DNA from: Candidatus Poribacteria bacterium
GTDB lineage: Bacteria > Poribacteria > WGA-4E > WGA-3G
Assembly (NCBI GenBank): GCA_965247285.1
Contig: CBDFHD010000002.1
Location: 364,499-428,498, forward strand
Length of the DNA: 64,000 bases
Direction of reading: 5' to 3'
Shown here: piece after piece, positions 1-9,600 of the stretch
How the letters are laid out: every line of letters begins with the position of its first letter
How positions within the stretch are numbered: the stretch's first letter is position 1
Program-made: the position numbers and the translations under genes
The notes under the pieces: model-generated
Told to the model about the DNA's origin: nothing
What the model saw: the letters and a program-made list of their open reading frames with translations, nothing else
The model's database searches: none

Positions 1-192
1 TGGCAAGAAGGATTTGGGGCGTTTACCTATTCGCACTCTCAGTTGGGAGATGTTGTCACCTACATCCAAAATCAAGAAGCACATCATTCGTGTAGAACGT
101 TTAAAGAAGAATACCTTGAGTTATTGAAGCGTTTTGATGTAACCTATAATGAAAAGTATGTTTTTGATTCGGTTGATAAAGATACTTCCTAA
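1..192 (+). CDS. tnpA: 3' end of IS200/IS605-family Y1 (HUH) transposase, RAYT-like (partial, window edge)
   Basis: Frame 1 reads WQEGFGAFTYSHSQLGDVVTYIQNQEAHH...TFKEEYLELLKRFDVTYNEKYVFD*. WQxGF and the catalytic YIxNQ motif are typical of Y1 transposases. REP hairpins follow immediately. Confidence 0.85.
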   Translation, partial: WQEGFGAFTYSHSQLGDVVTYIQNQEAHHSCRTFKEEYLELLKRFDVTYNEKYVFDSVDKDTS

Positions 193-195
193 ACA

Positions 196-523
196 TGACA
201 TCCTACAACATTACTATGCTTTACATACCGCTCCGCTGGAGCGGAAGAGGAACCTCGAAACCTTTCTATAAACATACCGCTCCGCTGGAGCGGAAGACAT
301 GTTGCAGACTCGCCCATTTGAAGAAAACAATAGCCTTATGCAACTTTACAACACCATAACGTGACATCCTACAACATTACTATGCTTTACATACCGCTCC
401 GCTGGAGCGGAAGAGGAACCTCGAAACCTTTCTATAAACATACCGCTCCGCTGGAGCGGAAGACATGTTGCAGACTCGCCCATTTGAAGAAAACAATAGC
501 CTTATGCAACTTTACAACACCAT
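196..523 (+). repeat. 166-bp tandem direct repeat (2 copies), each with two CCGCTCC-GCT-GGAGCGG REP hairpins
   Basis: 196-357 recurs at 362-523. Palindromes at 228-244, 277-293, 394-410 and 443-459. Confidence 0.95.
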
Positions 524-602
524 GAAAGAGGAACCTCGAAACCTTGACCTACCACTCCGCATGAAGATTAAACAATAAATTAGGTAATTTCATAAAAATG
601 CT

Positions 603-734
603 CGGTGCGGTTAGGAATGCAGATCGCATGAATCAACGTCGAGTGCGCGTATTGCCTCGCATTGTCCCGCAAGCCTCTATAGGAGACCTGCGCAGAAGTC
701 GTCGGGACGAGTACGCCGCAAAACCGCACCTACC
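603..734 (+). repeat. REP-armed miniature element, copy 1 (with internal insertion)
   Basis: GGTGCGGTT...AACCGCACC arms around the core TTAGGAATGCAGATCGCAT...GAGTACGCCGCAAAA. Related copies at 16208-16264 and 54812-54870. Confidence 0.8.
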
Positions 735-820
735 GTGATTGAGTGAATCCGGTCTTACCCGATTAAATTCTTAAACTTCATCTGGAGTGCGGGTATTCAT
801 CCATTGGGATAATGTGATAG

Positions 821-1714
821 ATGCGTAATTTTCTTAAAAATATCGTGGCAATTGTCGTCTGTTTATCAGGCATGCCGCTTCTTATCCGGGAGTGGGTGTG
901 TCGGAATCGGGTGACTATCCTCCTGTATCACGACCCGAAACCGACAGTTTTCGCGAAACATATCGCCTACCTCTCACGTCATTGCACGGTTATCTCACTG
1001 GATACCCTCGTCGCGGCGATCCACCAAAAGGACTTTTCAGAAATCCCCTCGAAAAGCGTTGTGATTACGATTGACGACGGACACGCTGGCAATATCGCGC
1101 TCCTGCCGATTTTCAAGCAGTACGGTATTCGTCCAACGCTCTATGTTTGCACGCAGATTATTGACACACACCGGCATTTCTGGTTTAAGATAGCGGGGCA
1201 GTCCAAAGCAGAAAAGGAGAGACTGAAAAGACTCCCAAATGCAGAACGGTTGATGCACCTCAAGTGGACGGCTGACTTTGAACCTGAAAAGGCGTATCCA
1301 GATAGGCAAGCACTCACTATCGCGGAAATGCAAGCGATGGCAGAGAACGTTGATTTTCAACCGCATACTCGATTCCATCCGATCCTACCGCGATGCCCCG
1401 AAACAGAATGTAAGCACGAGATTCTTGAGAGCAAAACGGATTTGGAAACGTTATTGGGACGCGAGTGTTCGCATTTCAGCTACCCGAACGGCGATTATAC
1501 CGAACGCGAGGTTGAGATTGTGAAAGCGGGTGGATTCCGCTCGGCACGCACAACGGATATCGGGTGGAACACTTTGGATGCACCACTGTATCAGCTGAAG
1601 GCTATTCCGATCACCGATGACGCTGGACTGACGCTTTTCCGCGCGGAACTCACGACGGTTCCGCAACGGATTAGCAGATGGGTGAATTCTTTAGTGTGGG
1701 GAGAAGTCACGTGA
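821..1714 (+). CDS. Polysaccharide deacetylase (NodB/CE4 family)
   Basis: LLYH, TIDDGH, HTRFH and FSYPNG motifs. Confidence 0.9.
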   Translation: MRNFLKNIVAIVVCLSGMPLLIREWVCRNRVTILLYHDPKPTVFAKHIAYLSRHCTVISLDTLVAAIHQKDFSEIPSKSVVITIDDGHAGNIALLPIFKQYGIRPTLYVCTQIIDTHRHFWFKIAGQSKAEKERLKRLPNAERLMHLKWTADFEPEKAYPDRQALTIAEMQAMAENVDFQPHTRFHPILPRCPETECKHEILESKTDLETLLGRECSHFSYPNGDYTEREVEIVKAGGFRSARTTDIGWNTLDAPLYQLKAIPITDDAGLTLFRAELTTVPQRISRWVNSLVWGEVT

Positions 1715-2394
1715 CGAAATGGCACCATGCCTACATTCAGAACGCTTACCGCGAATTAGAAAATGGCGCAACGCGAAGGCAACTCGATACTTTGAACATC
1801 AATGCTACTGGCAAAAGGGCGTTGGATGTCGGATGTGGACCGGGAAATCTTCTGGTTGCCCTCTCCACCGATACCCCGGATCTCCTTGTCGGTGTCGATG
1901 TGGATGCAATCTTCTTAACGTCCGGAAGTTCTCAAGTCGGGAAGTTAATAGAGCCGCCTTCCGCAATTCCTGCTTTGCTACGTGCTTCGCTGCCGACCCT
2001 ACCATTTGCAGACGAAACCTTTGATCTCGTAACCTGCTTCCTCGTCATGCCGCATGTGCCTGATGACAGAGCCGCCTTAACCGAGCTTACGCGCGTCTTG
2101 AAACCGGGTGGGACCCTCGCGATCTCCGGGCACGGCTTGGGGTTTCCGCTTCGGTATCTCAAACGTTTTAGGCTGAAGCCGTTGCAGATGTATCTTGCCA
2201 GTCTAATTTATAGATGCACTGGGAAAAAGTGGATTCGGAACACACTGCAAAACGATAGGAAGATGTGCGACATCTTAAAGAGGCTCGGTGTGGTGCCAGA
2301 GATGCGGCACTATAACAAAAAGGTGTTCGGCTGCGTCGCGACTTATTGGATTAAGGCGATTAAAAGTGAGGTTAGTCCTAAAGCGACACAGTAG
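1711..2394 (+). CDS. Class I SAM-dependent methyltransferase
   Basis: LDVGCGPG motif I, LPFADETFDLV and RVLKPGG. Probable GTG start overlapping the upstream stop (GTGA). Confidence 0.85.
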   Translation: MTKWHHAYIQNAYRELENGATRRQLDTLNINATGKRALDVGCGPGNLLVALSTDTPDLLVGVDVDAIFLTSGSSQVGKLIEPPSAIPALLRASLPTLPFADETFDLVTCFLVMPHVPDDRAALTELTRVLKPGGTLAISGHGLGFPLRYLKRFRLKPLQMYLASLIYRCTGKKWIRNTLQNDRKMCDILKRLGVVPEMRHYNKKVFGCVATYWIKAIKSEVSPKATQ

Positions 2395-3185
2395 TAGGAG
2401 AACAGCGAGAATTTGCCTCGGTTTAGTATAACCAATAGGAATCGCAACGCGATGTAACCAACGATAAACGAGGCGAGCATTCCGGTTCCCACGATGTGAA
2501 GCGGGATCGCGGTGTCTCCAACATCTCGGATTTTGAGTGCAACCGCGCCGAGTATCGCGGGAATTGAGAGCAGGAAGGAGTATTCCGCGGCGGTTTTTGC
2601 GGGAATCCCCAAAAAAAGTGCCAATGAGATTGTCGTGCCGGAACGGGAGATGCCGGGTGTGATTGCGCATCCTTGTGCGATTCCGATGAGTGGTGCGTGC
2701 CACGTTTTCAATTCTCCGGTGGAAGTATCGGGACTATCTGCTTTCTCTCTGCGGAGTCGGGGTAATTGGAGAATAACGCCTGTGAGGATTAAGGTGATGC
2801 TCACGAGGCGGACCTCATCGAAAAAGGATTCCAGTTGCGTCTTAAACACCACTGCGATAATTCCGGTTGGGATAGAGCCGAGGAGTATCAGCCATATAAA
2901 CTTGAGCTCTGCCGACGTGTTGAGCGTTGCCTTTGGGGGTTTCCGCCAAAATTGGGTATCCCCGAGTGCAGAAAGCCCGCCTATTACTAATCTCCCTATT
3001 GCATCACGATATATGACGAGCACGGCGGCTAATGTTCCGACGTGAAGCATCACATCAAAAAAGACGAGGGGTTCCTTTAGTCCGAGGAATTGCTGTGCCA
3101 AGACAAGGTGTCCTGAACTGCTAACGGGTAGGAATTCGGTTAAACCCTGTAAAATCCCGAGAAGAATCGCTTCAAGAAAGGTCAT
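2343..3185 (-). CDS. uppP: Undecaprenyl-diphosphate phosphatase (BacA/UppP)
   Basis: GILQGLTEFLPVSSSGHL and PGISRSG motifs. Confidence 0.95.
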   Translation of the reverse strand: MTFLEAILLGILQGLTEFLPVSSSGHLVLAQQFLGLKEPLVFFDVMLHVGTLAAVLVIYRDAIGRLVIGGLSALGDTQFWRKPPKATLNTSAELKFIWLILLGSIPTGIIAVVFKTQLESFFDEVRLVSITLILTGVILQLPRLRREKADSPDTSTGELKTWHAPLIGIAQGCAITPGISRSGTTISLALFLGIPAKTAAEYSFLLSIPAILGAVALKIRDVGDTAIPLHIVGTGMLASFIVGYIALRFLLVILNRGKFSLFSYYCVALGLTSLLIALIQ

Positions 3186-3264
3186 GCGGTTATTGTAGCA
3201 CTTAATGTGTTGGCTTGCAAGGGCAATTTGGGCGGGTATAGGGTATTTGGTTTTCGATTGTCAG

Positions 3265-3497
3265 CGCGTAGGTTGGGTTGAACAGAAGATCGAAAGCAAG
3301 CACATTCGTGCAGAAACCTACAGATTTTCAGGCAACGTGAAGTCTCCAAAAAACCGAGTGAAACCCAACACTGCATGGCACGCCGGTGGTGAAAATGTTG
3401 GGTTTCTGAAAGTATCTCGCAATACATTCCATTGGCAAAAGATCGGTTCTCTTGGTATTGGTAATGTTTTGCCTTTCACCGTTCAACCCAACCTACG
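3265..3497. repeat. REP composite element (GTAGGTTGGG...CCCAACCTAC family)
   Basis: GCGTAGGTTGGGTTGAAC at the left, GTTCAACCCAACCTACG at the right, with an internal GAAACCCAAC / GTTGGGTTTC pair. Confidence 0.8.
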
Positions 3498-3560
3498 AGG
3501 ATTTAAAAGGTCTGCGTATTGGACAGCTGCCGACAACCGATTGCCGACAGCCGATTGCCA

Positions 3561-3589
3561 TTGCTTTAATTCCCGGACTGTGGTATAAT
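3561..3589 (+). promoter_or_regulatory. Sigma70-like promoter for the LamG gene
   Basis: TTGCTT-17 nt-TATAAT with extended -10 (TGn). Confidence 0.55.
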
Positions 3590-3645
3590 GCATTGATGCT
3601 GTTCGATATTTATGTTAAAATTCTTGTTAAAACTCTTGGGGGGAA

Positions 3646-4428
3646 ATGAAAATGCGTAGAAATATAGTCTTGTTGGGGCTTACGGCGATCTGTGTATTTG
3701 CGGTGAGTCTCTCTTATGCTGTCGAGGAAGAGGATATCCTCGTCTATTATTCTTTTGATAAGCTGAGTGGTAATAAAGTCATCGATGATTCCGGCAACGG
3801 GAATGATGCAGAACTAGCCGGAAAGGGTTCGCTAGTTGATGGTGCATTTAAGAAGGGCATCCATCTGAACGGTGGTGTCGTCCAAATGGAGGCGAATGAC
3901 TTTATCGTTCCAATTGGTGTGAACGGCGAAATCACGATGGAAGCATGGTTTTTCCTTAATCAACACGCCTCATACGATGGGATCATCTCGATAGAAGCCG
4001 CTGCCGGTGGCTGTTGCGAGTTCCGTACGATGGTGAACCCCGGTTTCAACCCATTTTGGGATGCTGGGCATCACGCTGATAAAAGTCTTGCGAACTACCA
4101 ATTTGAATTGAAAGAGTGGTACCACTACGTTATGGTTGCCGATGGGAAAGATGGTAAAATCTATGTCAACGGTAAATTTATCGGTGAGCAGCCAGAGAAT
4201 TTTGAGTGGCCCAAGTTCAAAGAGGCGGCGATTTACATCGGAGCAGGCGAAAATCCGACGCTCCACAAAGTCGAAGATGCGATTATTGATGAGGTCGTCA
4301 TATACGCGAAAGCGTTGACTGAAGAAGAGATTCGGGAATCGATGGACCTGAGTGTGCCGGTGGTGCTTGCCGTTGAAGCCCACGACAAATTGGCAGTGAC
4401 GTGGGGAGAACTGAAAACCGATTTCTAA
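3646..4428 (+). CDS. Secreted LamG-like jellyroll protein with C-terminal TWGxLK motif
   Basis: Signal peptide, YYSFD...D.SGNGND and IIDEVVIY motifs; ends AVEAHDKLAVTWGELKTDF. Confidence 0.85.
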   Translation: MKMRRNIVLLGLTAICVFAVSLSYAVEEEDILVYYSFDKLSGNKVIDDSGNGNDAELAGKGSLVDGAFKKGIHLNGGVVQMEANDFIVPIGVNGEITMEAWFFLNQHASYDGIISIEAAAGGCCEFRTMVNPGFNPFWDAGHHADKSLANYQFELKEWYHYVMVADGKDGKIYVNGKFIGEQPENFEWPKFKEAAIYIGAGENPTLHKVEDAIIDEVVIYAKALTEEEIRESMDLSVPVVLAVEAHDKLAVTWGELKTDF

Positions 4429-4484
4429 AATAATTTGTAGGGCGAGGCATTTCCACCTCGTCCCTACACTCATTCGGAGACGCT

Positions 4485-4877
4485 ATGAAATTAGGATTCT
4501 TATCAAAGATTTTTGAAGGTGCGTTGAGTATTGAAAAAACATATAACCAATGCGATGCGGCACTGAGTGAACTAAAAGCCTACAACCAAAAACGCCAAGA
4601 GGCGGATTTTCGTATCTCAAATGAGGACAAAGCGGCATTAGACGAGGTTGTCAATACCGCTATTACAGATGCTACCCGTATCATTGACAAGGAAGGCGAA
4701 CGGAATTGGCCCGGTGTGTTTCGGGAAATGCACAAGAATTTGGCAAGTCTCTATTTGGAACTTGACGAACACGATAAGGTCCGAACCGCCTGTGAACGCC
4801 TCCAAGACTATGGCGAGACCGGTAGGCTGGATGCCGATGAGGTGCTGCAGAGCCTCAAGGAGAAAGAGGATTCTTAA
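4485..4877 (+). CDS. Hypothetical alpha-helical protein
   Basis: 130-aa ORF with GGAG RBS; no family recognised. Confidence 0.65.
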   Translation: MKLGFLSKIFEGALSIEKTYNQCDAALSELKAYNQKRQEADFRISNEDKAALDEVVNTAITDATRIIDKEGERNWPGVFREMHKNLASLYLELDEHDKVRTACERLQDYGETGRLDADEVLQSLKEKEDS

Positions 4878-5158
4878 TGTTCCTTGCGGTTCGGTAAGAT
4901 AGGCTGGAGACTTCACGTTCCTTTACGTAGACCCGCCTTCCACTACGTTTCAGGCTACGCATTTTGGAAGAAGGGAAGAAAGGAGGAAGGCAAAAGCACT
5001 TCTTAACAGCAAGTTTTAATAGTTTTCGGTTCGCCTGCTGCGCAGGAAACCTTCAGTTATCGGTTTTCAGTGAAGAGGTTTTCGTTTAATAAGAGAAACA
5101 CCCAAGCAAAAACACCCTCTTGTAACCGACAACTGACAACTGACAACTAATTTAAAAA

Positions 5159-7075
5159 ATGCAATTCCTAAACCCTGCCGCGTTTTATTTGCTGGGTGTT
5201 GTTCCGATTGTGGTGGCACTTCACTTTCTGAAATTACGCCGTCACACCCGCCTCGTTCCCAGCATCATGTTTTGGCTCTCCACTGACGAAGACCGGAGAG
5301 CGAATGTCCCTTTCCAACGACTCCGTAACCTACTCCTTCCATTGCTACAGGTGCTGTTTTTGCTGCTCCTCATATCCAGCGTCGCGCGCCCGGCGCTGCG
5401 TAGACCCGGATTTATGCCCGGGAAAGCGATTCTCATCGTTGATAATTCCGCGAGTATGTTGGCGAAGGAGATGGGGCAGACCCGCCTCACACTTGCCAAA
5501 CAGGAAGCGCAGCAGTACATTAAAGCGGTATCTGCGAGTGGTGGGATGATGCTCATGGTGACGAATTCCCCTGAAACCTATATCCAACAAGTTTTTACAA
5601 CGGATACCTCGAAACTCCACCAGGCGATAGAGGACATCGCTGAGACCCATGCCCCGCGGAATCTACGTCCTGTCTTCGATGCGGCAACACGCTATGCGGA
5701 TTCGCCGCAAGACAAGATTGTCTTTATCAGTAGGACGTTTGAAAACCTACCGGACATATCGCTGCCGGTGCAGGAAATTGGCGTAGGTGGAGATGCAGAG
5801 AATATCGGTATCGTTCGGTTCAGCGTTGAAATGTTAGAGGATCGTTATGAAGTCCTAATCGGCATTCAAAATTTCACGGATACACCGCGGGAATTAGACG
5901 TTCAATTGGCGGTGGAAGATGTTCCTCTTGATGATAGGACGGTGTCTATTTCTCCGGGTGAAACCAAATCGGTGCTGTTTTCAGGTGATCCGAGCGGTTT
6001 AGAGGGAAAGGTTCTTAGCGGACACCTTGGTGTGGATGACGACTTTCCACTTGATAACAGTGCGTGGGCACTCCTATCTGCTGTGTCTCCGCTGCGAATT
6101 TTGCTTGTGAGTGACAATCGAAAGTCTTTACTGCCCGAACTTTTGAAATCATACGGGGATCACGTGCGACTGGATTTGGTTGATCCGGCGGATTATCACG
6201 GGACTGGCGATGCGGATGTCGCAATTTTCGATGGTGGCACGCTCGCCGGACGCGAGGCTTTCGGGCCCCCCATATTATATGAAGCGTCTAAGACTGCCTC
6301 TGGATCGCATTTGGTCTTCATCGCACCGGGTAACAACCTACCCTTCATTCGAGAAGGTGCTCCGATTGTCGAAACGGAGACAACACCTGTGCGCGTTATC
6401 AAAGAGGATGGGAATCACCCGCTCATGGGTGGTGTATCGCTGCAAGGGTTACAGGTGAGCGAGTCTATGTACCGAGCGTTACCACTCTGGGGACATTCGC
6501 TTGTTGAAACGGAGAAAGGAGCATTGATATGGCTCGGCAACAAAGCGGACACTCGGCTTCTTGTTTTCGAGTTCGATGCGTTTAACCCCGAAGTCTCTAC
6601 CTTTGCGCTGACCGTCCCTGACGGACCGCAATTTATCTATCAGTGTTTAGTGTGGTTTGAAGCAGGAACAGCCCCGCTGCAGCCGCTTCAGTCTCAAGAA
6701 GATGGAACCCGGCACGCATTCCGAACTGGAGAACCGGTGAGAGTCGCGTTGACACGCGAGGGACGCACGCTTCACGTGCAGAAGCCAGATGAAACGACAG
6801 TTAAATTGGAGAATTTGATGTTCACCGAGACGGATCAGATTGGGGTCTACACGCTTTTTGTGGATGATCGCCGACTTGAACGGTTCACGGTCAATTTGCT
6901 GAACGCTACGGAATCGGCACTGTCGCATTCCTCAACTGTATCGGTTACCGAAGTTCCGCTGGAGGTAGGAGGCGGATTACAGCCGATGACACAGGAGATA
7001 TGGCGTTGGTTTGCACTTGGGGCACTCCTGCTTCTCCTATTGGAGTGGTGGTTTTATCATCGGAGTAGCGTGTGA
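5159..7075 (+). CDS. BatA/vWA domain membrane protein
   Basis: N-terminal BatA-like MQFLNP...LHFLK, vWA IVDNSASM and a C-terminal IWRWF...LLEW TM helix. Confidence 0.8.
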   Translation: MQFLNPAAFYLLGVVPIVVALHFLKLRRHTRLVPSIMFWLSTDEDRRANVPFQRLRNLLLPLLQVLFLLLLISSVARPALRRPGFMPGKAILIVDNSASMLAKEMGQTRLTLAKQEAQQYIKAVSASGGMMLMVTNSPETYIQQVFTTDTSKLHQAIEDIAETHAPRNLRPVFDAATRYADSPQDKIVFISRTFENLPDISLPVQEIGVGGDAENIGIVRFSVEMLEDRYEVLIGIQNFTDTPRELDVQLAVEDVPLDDRTVSISPGETKSVLFSGDPSGLEGKVLSGHLGVDDDFPLDNSAWALLSAVSPLRILLVSDNRKSLLPELLKSYGDHVRLDLVDPADYHGTGDADVAIFDGGTLAGREAFGPPILYEASKTASGSHLVFIAPGNNLPFIREGAPIVETETTPVRVIKEDGNHPLMGGVSLQGLQVSESMYRALPLWGHSLVETEKGALIWLGNKADTRLLVFEFDAFNPEVSTFALTVPDGPQFIYQCLVWFEAGTAPLQPLQSQEDGTRHAFRTGEPVRVALTREGRTLHVQKPDETTVKLENLMFTETDQIGVYTLFVDDRRLERFTVNLLNATESALSHSSTVSVTEVPLEVGGGLQPMTQEIWRWFALGALLLLLLEWWFYHRSSV

Positions 7076-7121
7076 GTAGAATCTTTTTTGTAGTAAAATA
7101 TATAATTGCCGATAAAGTGTT

Positions 7122-7184
7122 GCTGGCGAAGGGTTTTTGCTTGGGCATTTCCCTGCGGATTTTCCCACGGAAACCTCGCCAGCG
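7122..7184. repeat. REP hairpin (GCTGGCGA..CCTCGCCAGC family) between convergent genes
   Basis: Inverted arms GCTGGCGAAGG / CCTCGCCAGC. Confidence 0.65.
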
Positions 7185-7230
7185 ATAGCGTGAAAGTCTA
7201 AATTCTCCTATTTCTACGTATTATCTGGTT

Positions 7231-8847
7231 TTACTCGATGTTTATGACGCTAAGAATATTCTTAAGCAGCTGGGCTTTGGTCATCCTTCCCGTGTAACTT
7301 CTAACAAATTTTCCATCTTGGAACACAATATAAGTAGGATGTGTCCTAACCTGATATTTTCCGGTTGTTTGTCGACTATCCGCATCACTAACATTCATTT
7401 TCGCGACAGCAAACGTGTTCCGGTTCTCTAAAGCAATTTCGGCGACAACTGGCGCCATTTGTTGACAGAACGGTCAGCCGTCCTTTATAAACTCAAGCAC
7501 GATAGGGATTTCTGATCCAAGCACAAGCGTATTAAACGTCGCATCGGTGACTTCAAATGGGATGCCGGAGGTTTTACTGGCGGTGGTAAACCTAATGTCG
7601 ATGTCGGTTGAATTGCCAGCCGCGTCCTTGACTTTTCCCGCAATGACGTAGGTTATCTCGTTGTCAAGTTCTTTCCCTTTGACTAACTCAAGCGTCCCTT
7701 TCTTGCCTGCAATTTTGCCGAGCCAACCCGCATCAGCACCTGCTGTGGTTTGCAGTGCGATGTTGCCAGTTACCTCTTCGCTGAATTCAACTTCGATCCG
7801 CCCACTGCTGTTAAGTGCTTCGGGGTCAACGTCCTTATCACCGTCGTTGACGCTTCCGCTGGTAATTTTGGGTGCCTCGGTATCTGGAACACGGACGGTA
7901 TAGGTGAGCGTTTGGACGCCATCCGCCCAAACGATGGTCAATGCGAGTGCCCCTGGGTCGAAGGGACCCGTGATCTCCACAGTTTTGCGAATAGTTGTGG
8001 CATCACCCGTACTCACAGTAACGTCCTCTGGTGGGTTGTCAAAGGTAAGTGTGATGGTATCATCCACAGTAAGTTCCGAGTTGCCTGCTGGGTTCGCACT
8101 AACGAATGCGGCAGGGGGTCTGATGGTATAGTTGAGGGTCTGTGTGCCATCCACCCAGGTGACAGTCAATGTGAGTGCCCCTGGGTCGAAGGGACCCATG
8201 ATTTCCACAGTTTTGTCAGTGACTGTAGCGATGCCTGCGCTCACAGTAACGTCCTCTGGTGGATTATCAAAAGTAAGAGTGATGGCATCGTCGACAGCAA
8301 GTTCCGAGTTGATTGCTGGGTTCGCACTAACGAACGCTGCGGGGGTTCTGATGGTATAATCGAGCGTTTGGGTGCCGTCTGTCCAAGCAATCGTCAACGT
8401 AAGGGGACCCGAATTAAAGGGACCTGTAATTTCCACGGTTTTGTCAGTGACTGTAGCGACACCTGTGCTTACTGTAACGTCCTCTGGTGGGTTGTCAAAT
8501 GTAAGGGTGATAGTATCGTTCACAATCAGCGGCGAGCCGATGGCTGGGTTCGCGCGAACGAACGCTACAGGTGGGCGGACAGTTTTACCCAAGTGACTCG
8601 CGACAAGCGTCAAATCGAGGATATTGACGGTGCCGTCCCCGTTGACATCCGGGTTAGGGGTCTGATCTGCAGTGGATGTCGTGCCAAAATGCGCGGCGAC
8701 CAACGTCAGATCAAGGATGTTTATCACTCCGTCGGCGTTGACATCGGATGCTCTTAAAGCGTCGAGTTCCGCATCTTGTGTATAGCCTACGGTTAAATTA
8801 GTGAAAATTAAACAGGTCGTTAGGAATAAAAAAATGATTTTTCTCAT
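7231..8847 (-). CDS. Secreted dockerin + 3x76-aa repeat + Ig-like + thioredoxin protein, predicted selenoprotein (U-P-F-C), 538 aa
   Basis: ORFs 7474-8847 and 7231-7458 join in frame: VLEFIKDG-TGA-PFCQQMAPVV. The TGA (7474-7476) is at the first Cys of the Trx CxxC. A GGCGCC-AGTT-GTCGCC hairpin starts 17 nt downstream. Confidence 0.85.
7891..8574 (-). repeat. Three intragenic 228-bp (76-aa) repeats
   Basis: PxAFVxANPA...TITLTFDNPPEDVTVS...TVEIxGPF...xDGxQTLxYTxR occurs three times. Confidence 0.95.
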
Positions 8848-8971
8848 CTGTTTTTCTCCGTGGATAGTTTATGCTTGCGTGCTGTACCAATCTTGCACTA
8901 CTTCGGGAATCGTTTGCAGATTTTCGATTGTGGTTTTACCACCGAAGTTACAAGCAGGAAATGATATAACT

Positions 8972-9580
8972 TTATTCGGTTTCATCAATCCCTAAGATTC
9001 CAAGGATACGTTGCACCAATTCAGCCTTAGGCATTGCCCCACTGAAGCCTTGGGCAATTTCTCCGTCTTTGAATACGATATAGGTCGGTGTTCCACGAAT
9101 ATGATATTCGGCTGTTTTCTCCGGTTGGGTGGTTACATCTACCTTGACGAAACTAAAAATCTCGCGATATTCCAATGCTACTTCTGCGACCACCGGTCTC
9201 ATTAGTATGCAATATATTCAGGCATCGTTTTTAAATTCTACGACAATAGGCAGTTCAGAACCCAAGACGACATCGTCAAAAGTTGCATCCGTGACTTCAA
9301 ACGGGATGCCGGATCTCCTACCAAAATGGCTCGCGACGAGCGTTAAATCGAGGATATTGACGATGCCATCGCCATTGGCATCCGGGTTAAGGCTCTGATC
9401 TGCGGTGGGGGGCTCGCCGAAATGCGCGGCGACCAGCGTCAGATCAAGGATATTTATTACGCCGTCAGCATTGATGTCGGACGCGCTTAAGGGGTCAAAA
9501 TCCGTGTCCTGTGTGTAGCCTACGGTTAAAGGACTCAAGATTAAACAGATCGTTAGCAGTAAAACCGTAATTTTTTTCAT
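8972..9580 (-). CDS. Secreted dockerin-thioredoxin paralog, predicted selenoprotein (U-I-Y-C), 202 aa
   Basis: ORFs 9218-9580 and 8972-9202 join in frame: VVEFKNDA-TGA-IYCILMRPVV, with the TGA at 9218-9220. A GACC-GGT-GGTC hairpin lies at the matching position. Confidence 0.85.
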
Positions 9581-9600
9581 CTGTTTTTTCCCTTAAGGGT

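Noticed and set aside
196-545. Possible CRISPR array
   Set aside because: Sequences between the palindromes are themselves duplicated rather than unique spacers, spacing alternates, and no cas genes are present.
7661-8757. Plus-strand ORFs including the 335-aa 7750-8757
   Set aside because: Antisense shadows of the repeat-containing minus-strand gene; their periodicity mirrors the 228-bp repeat.
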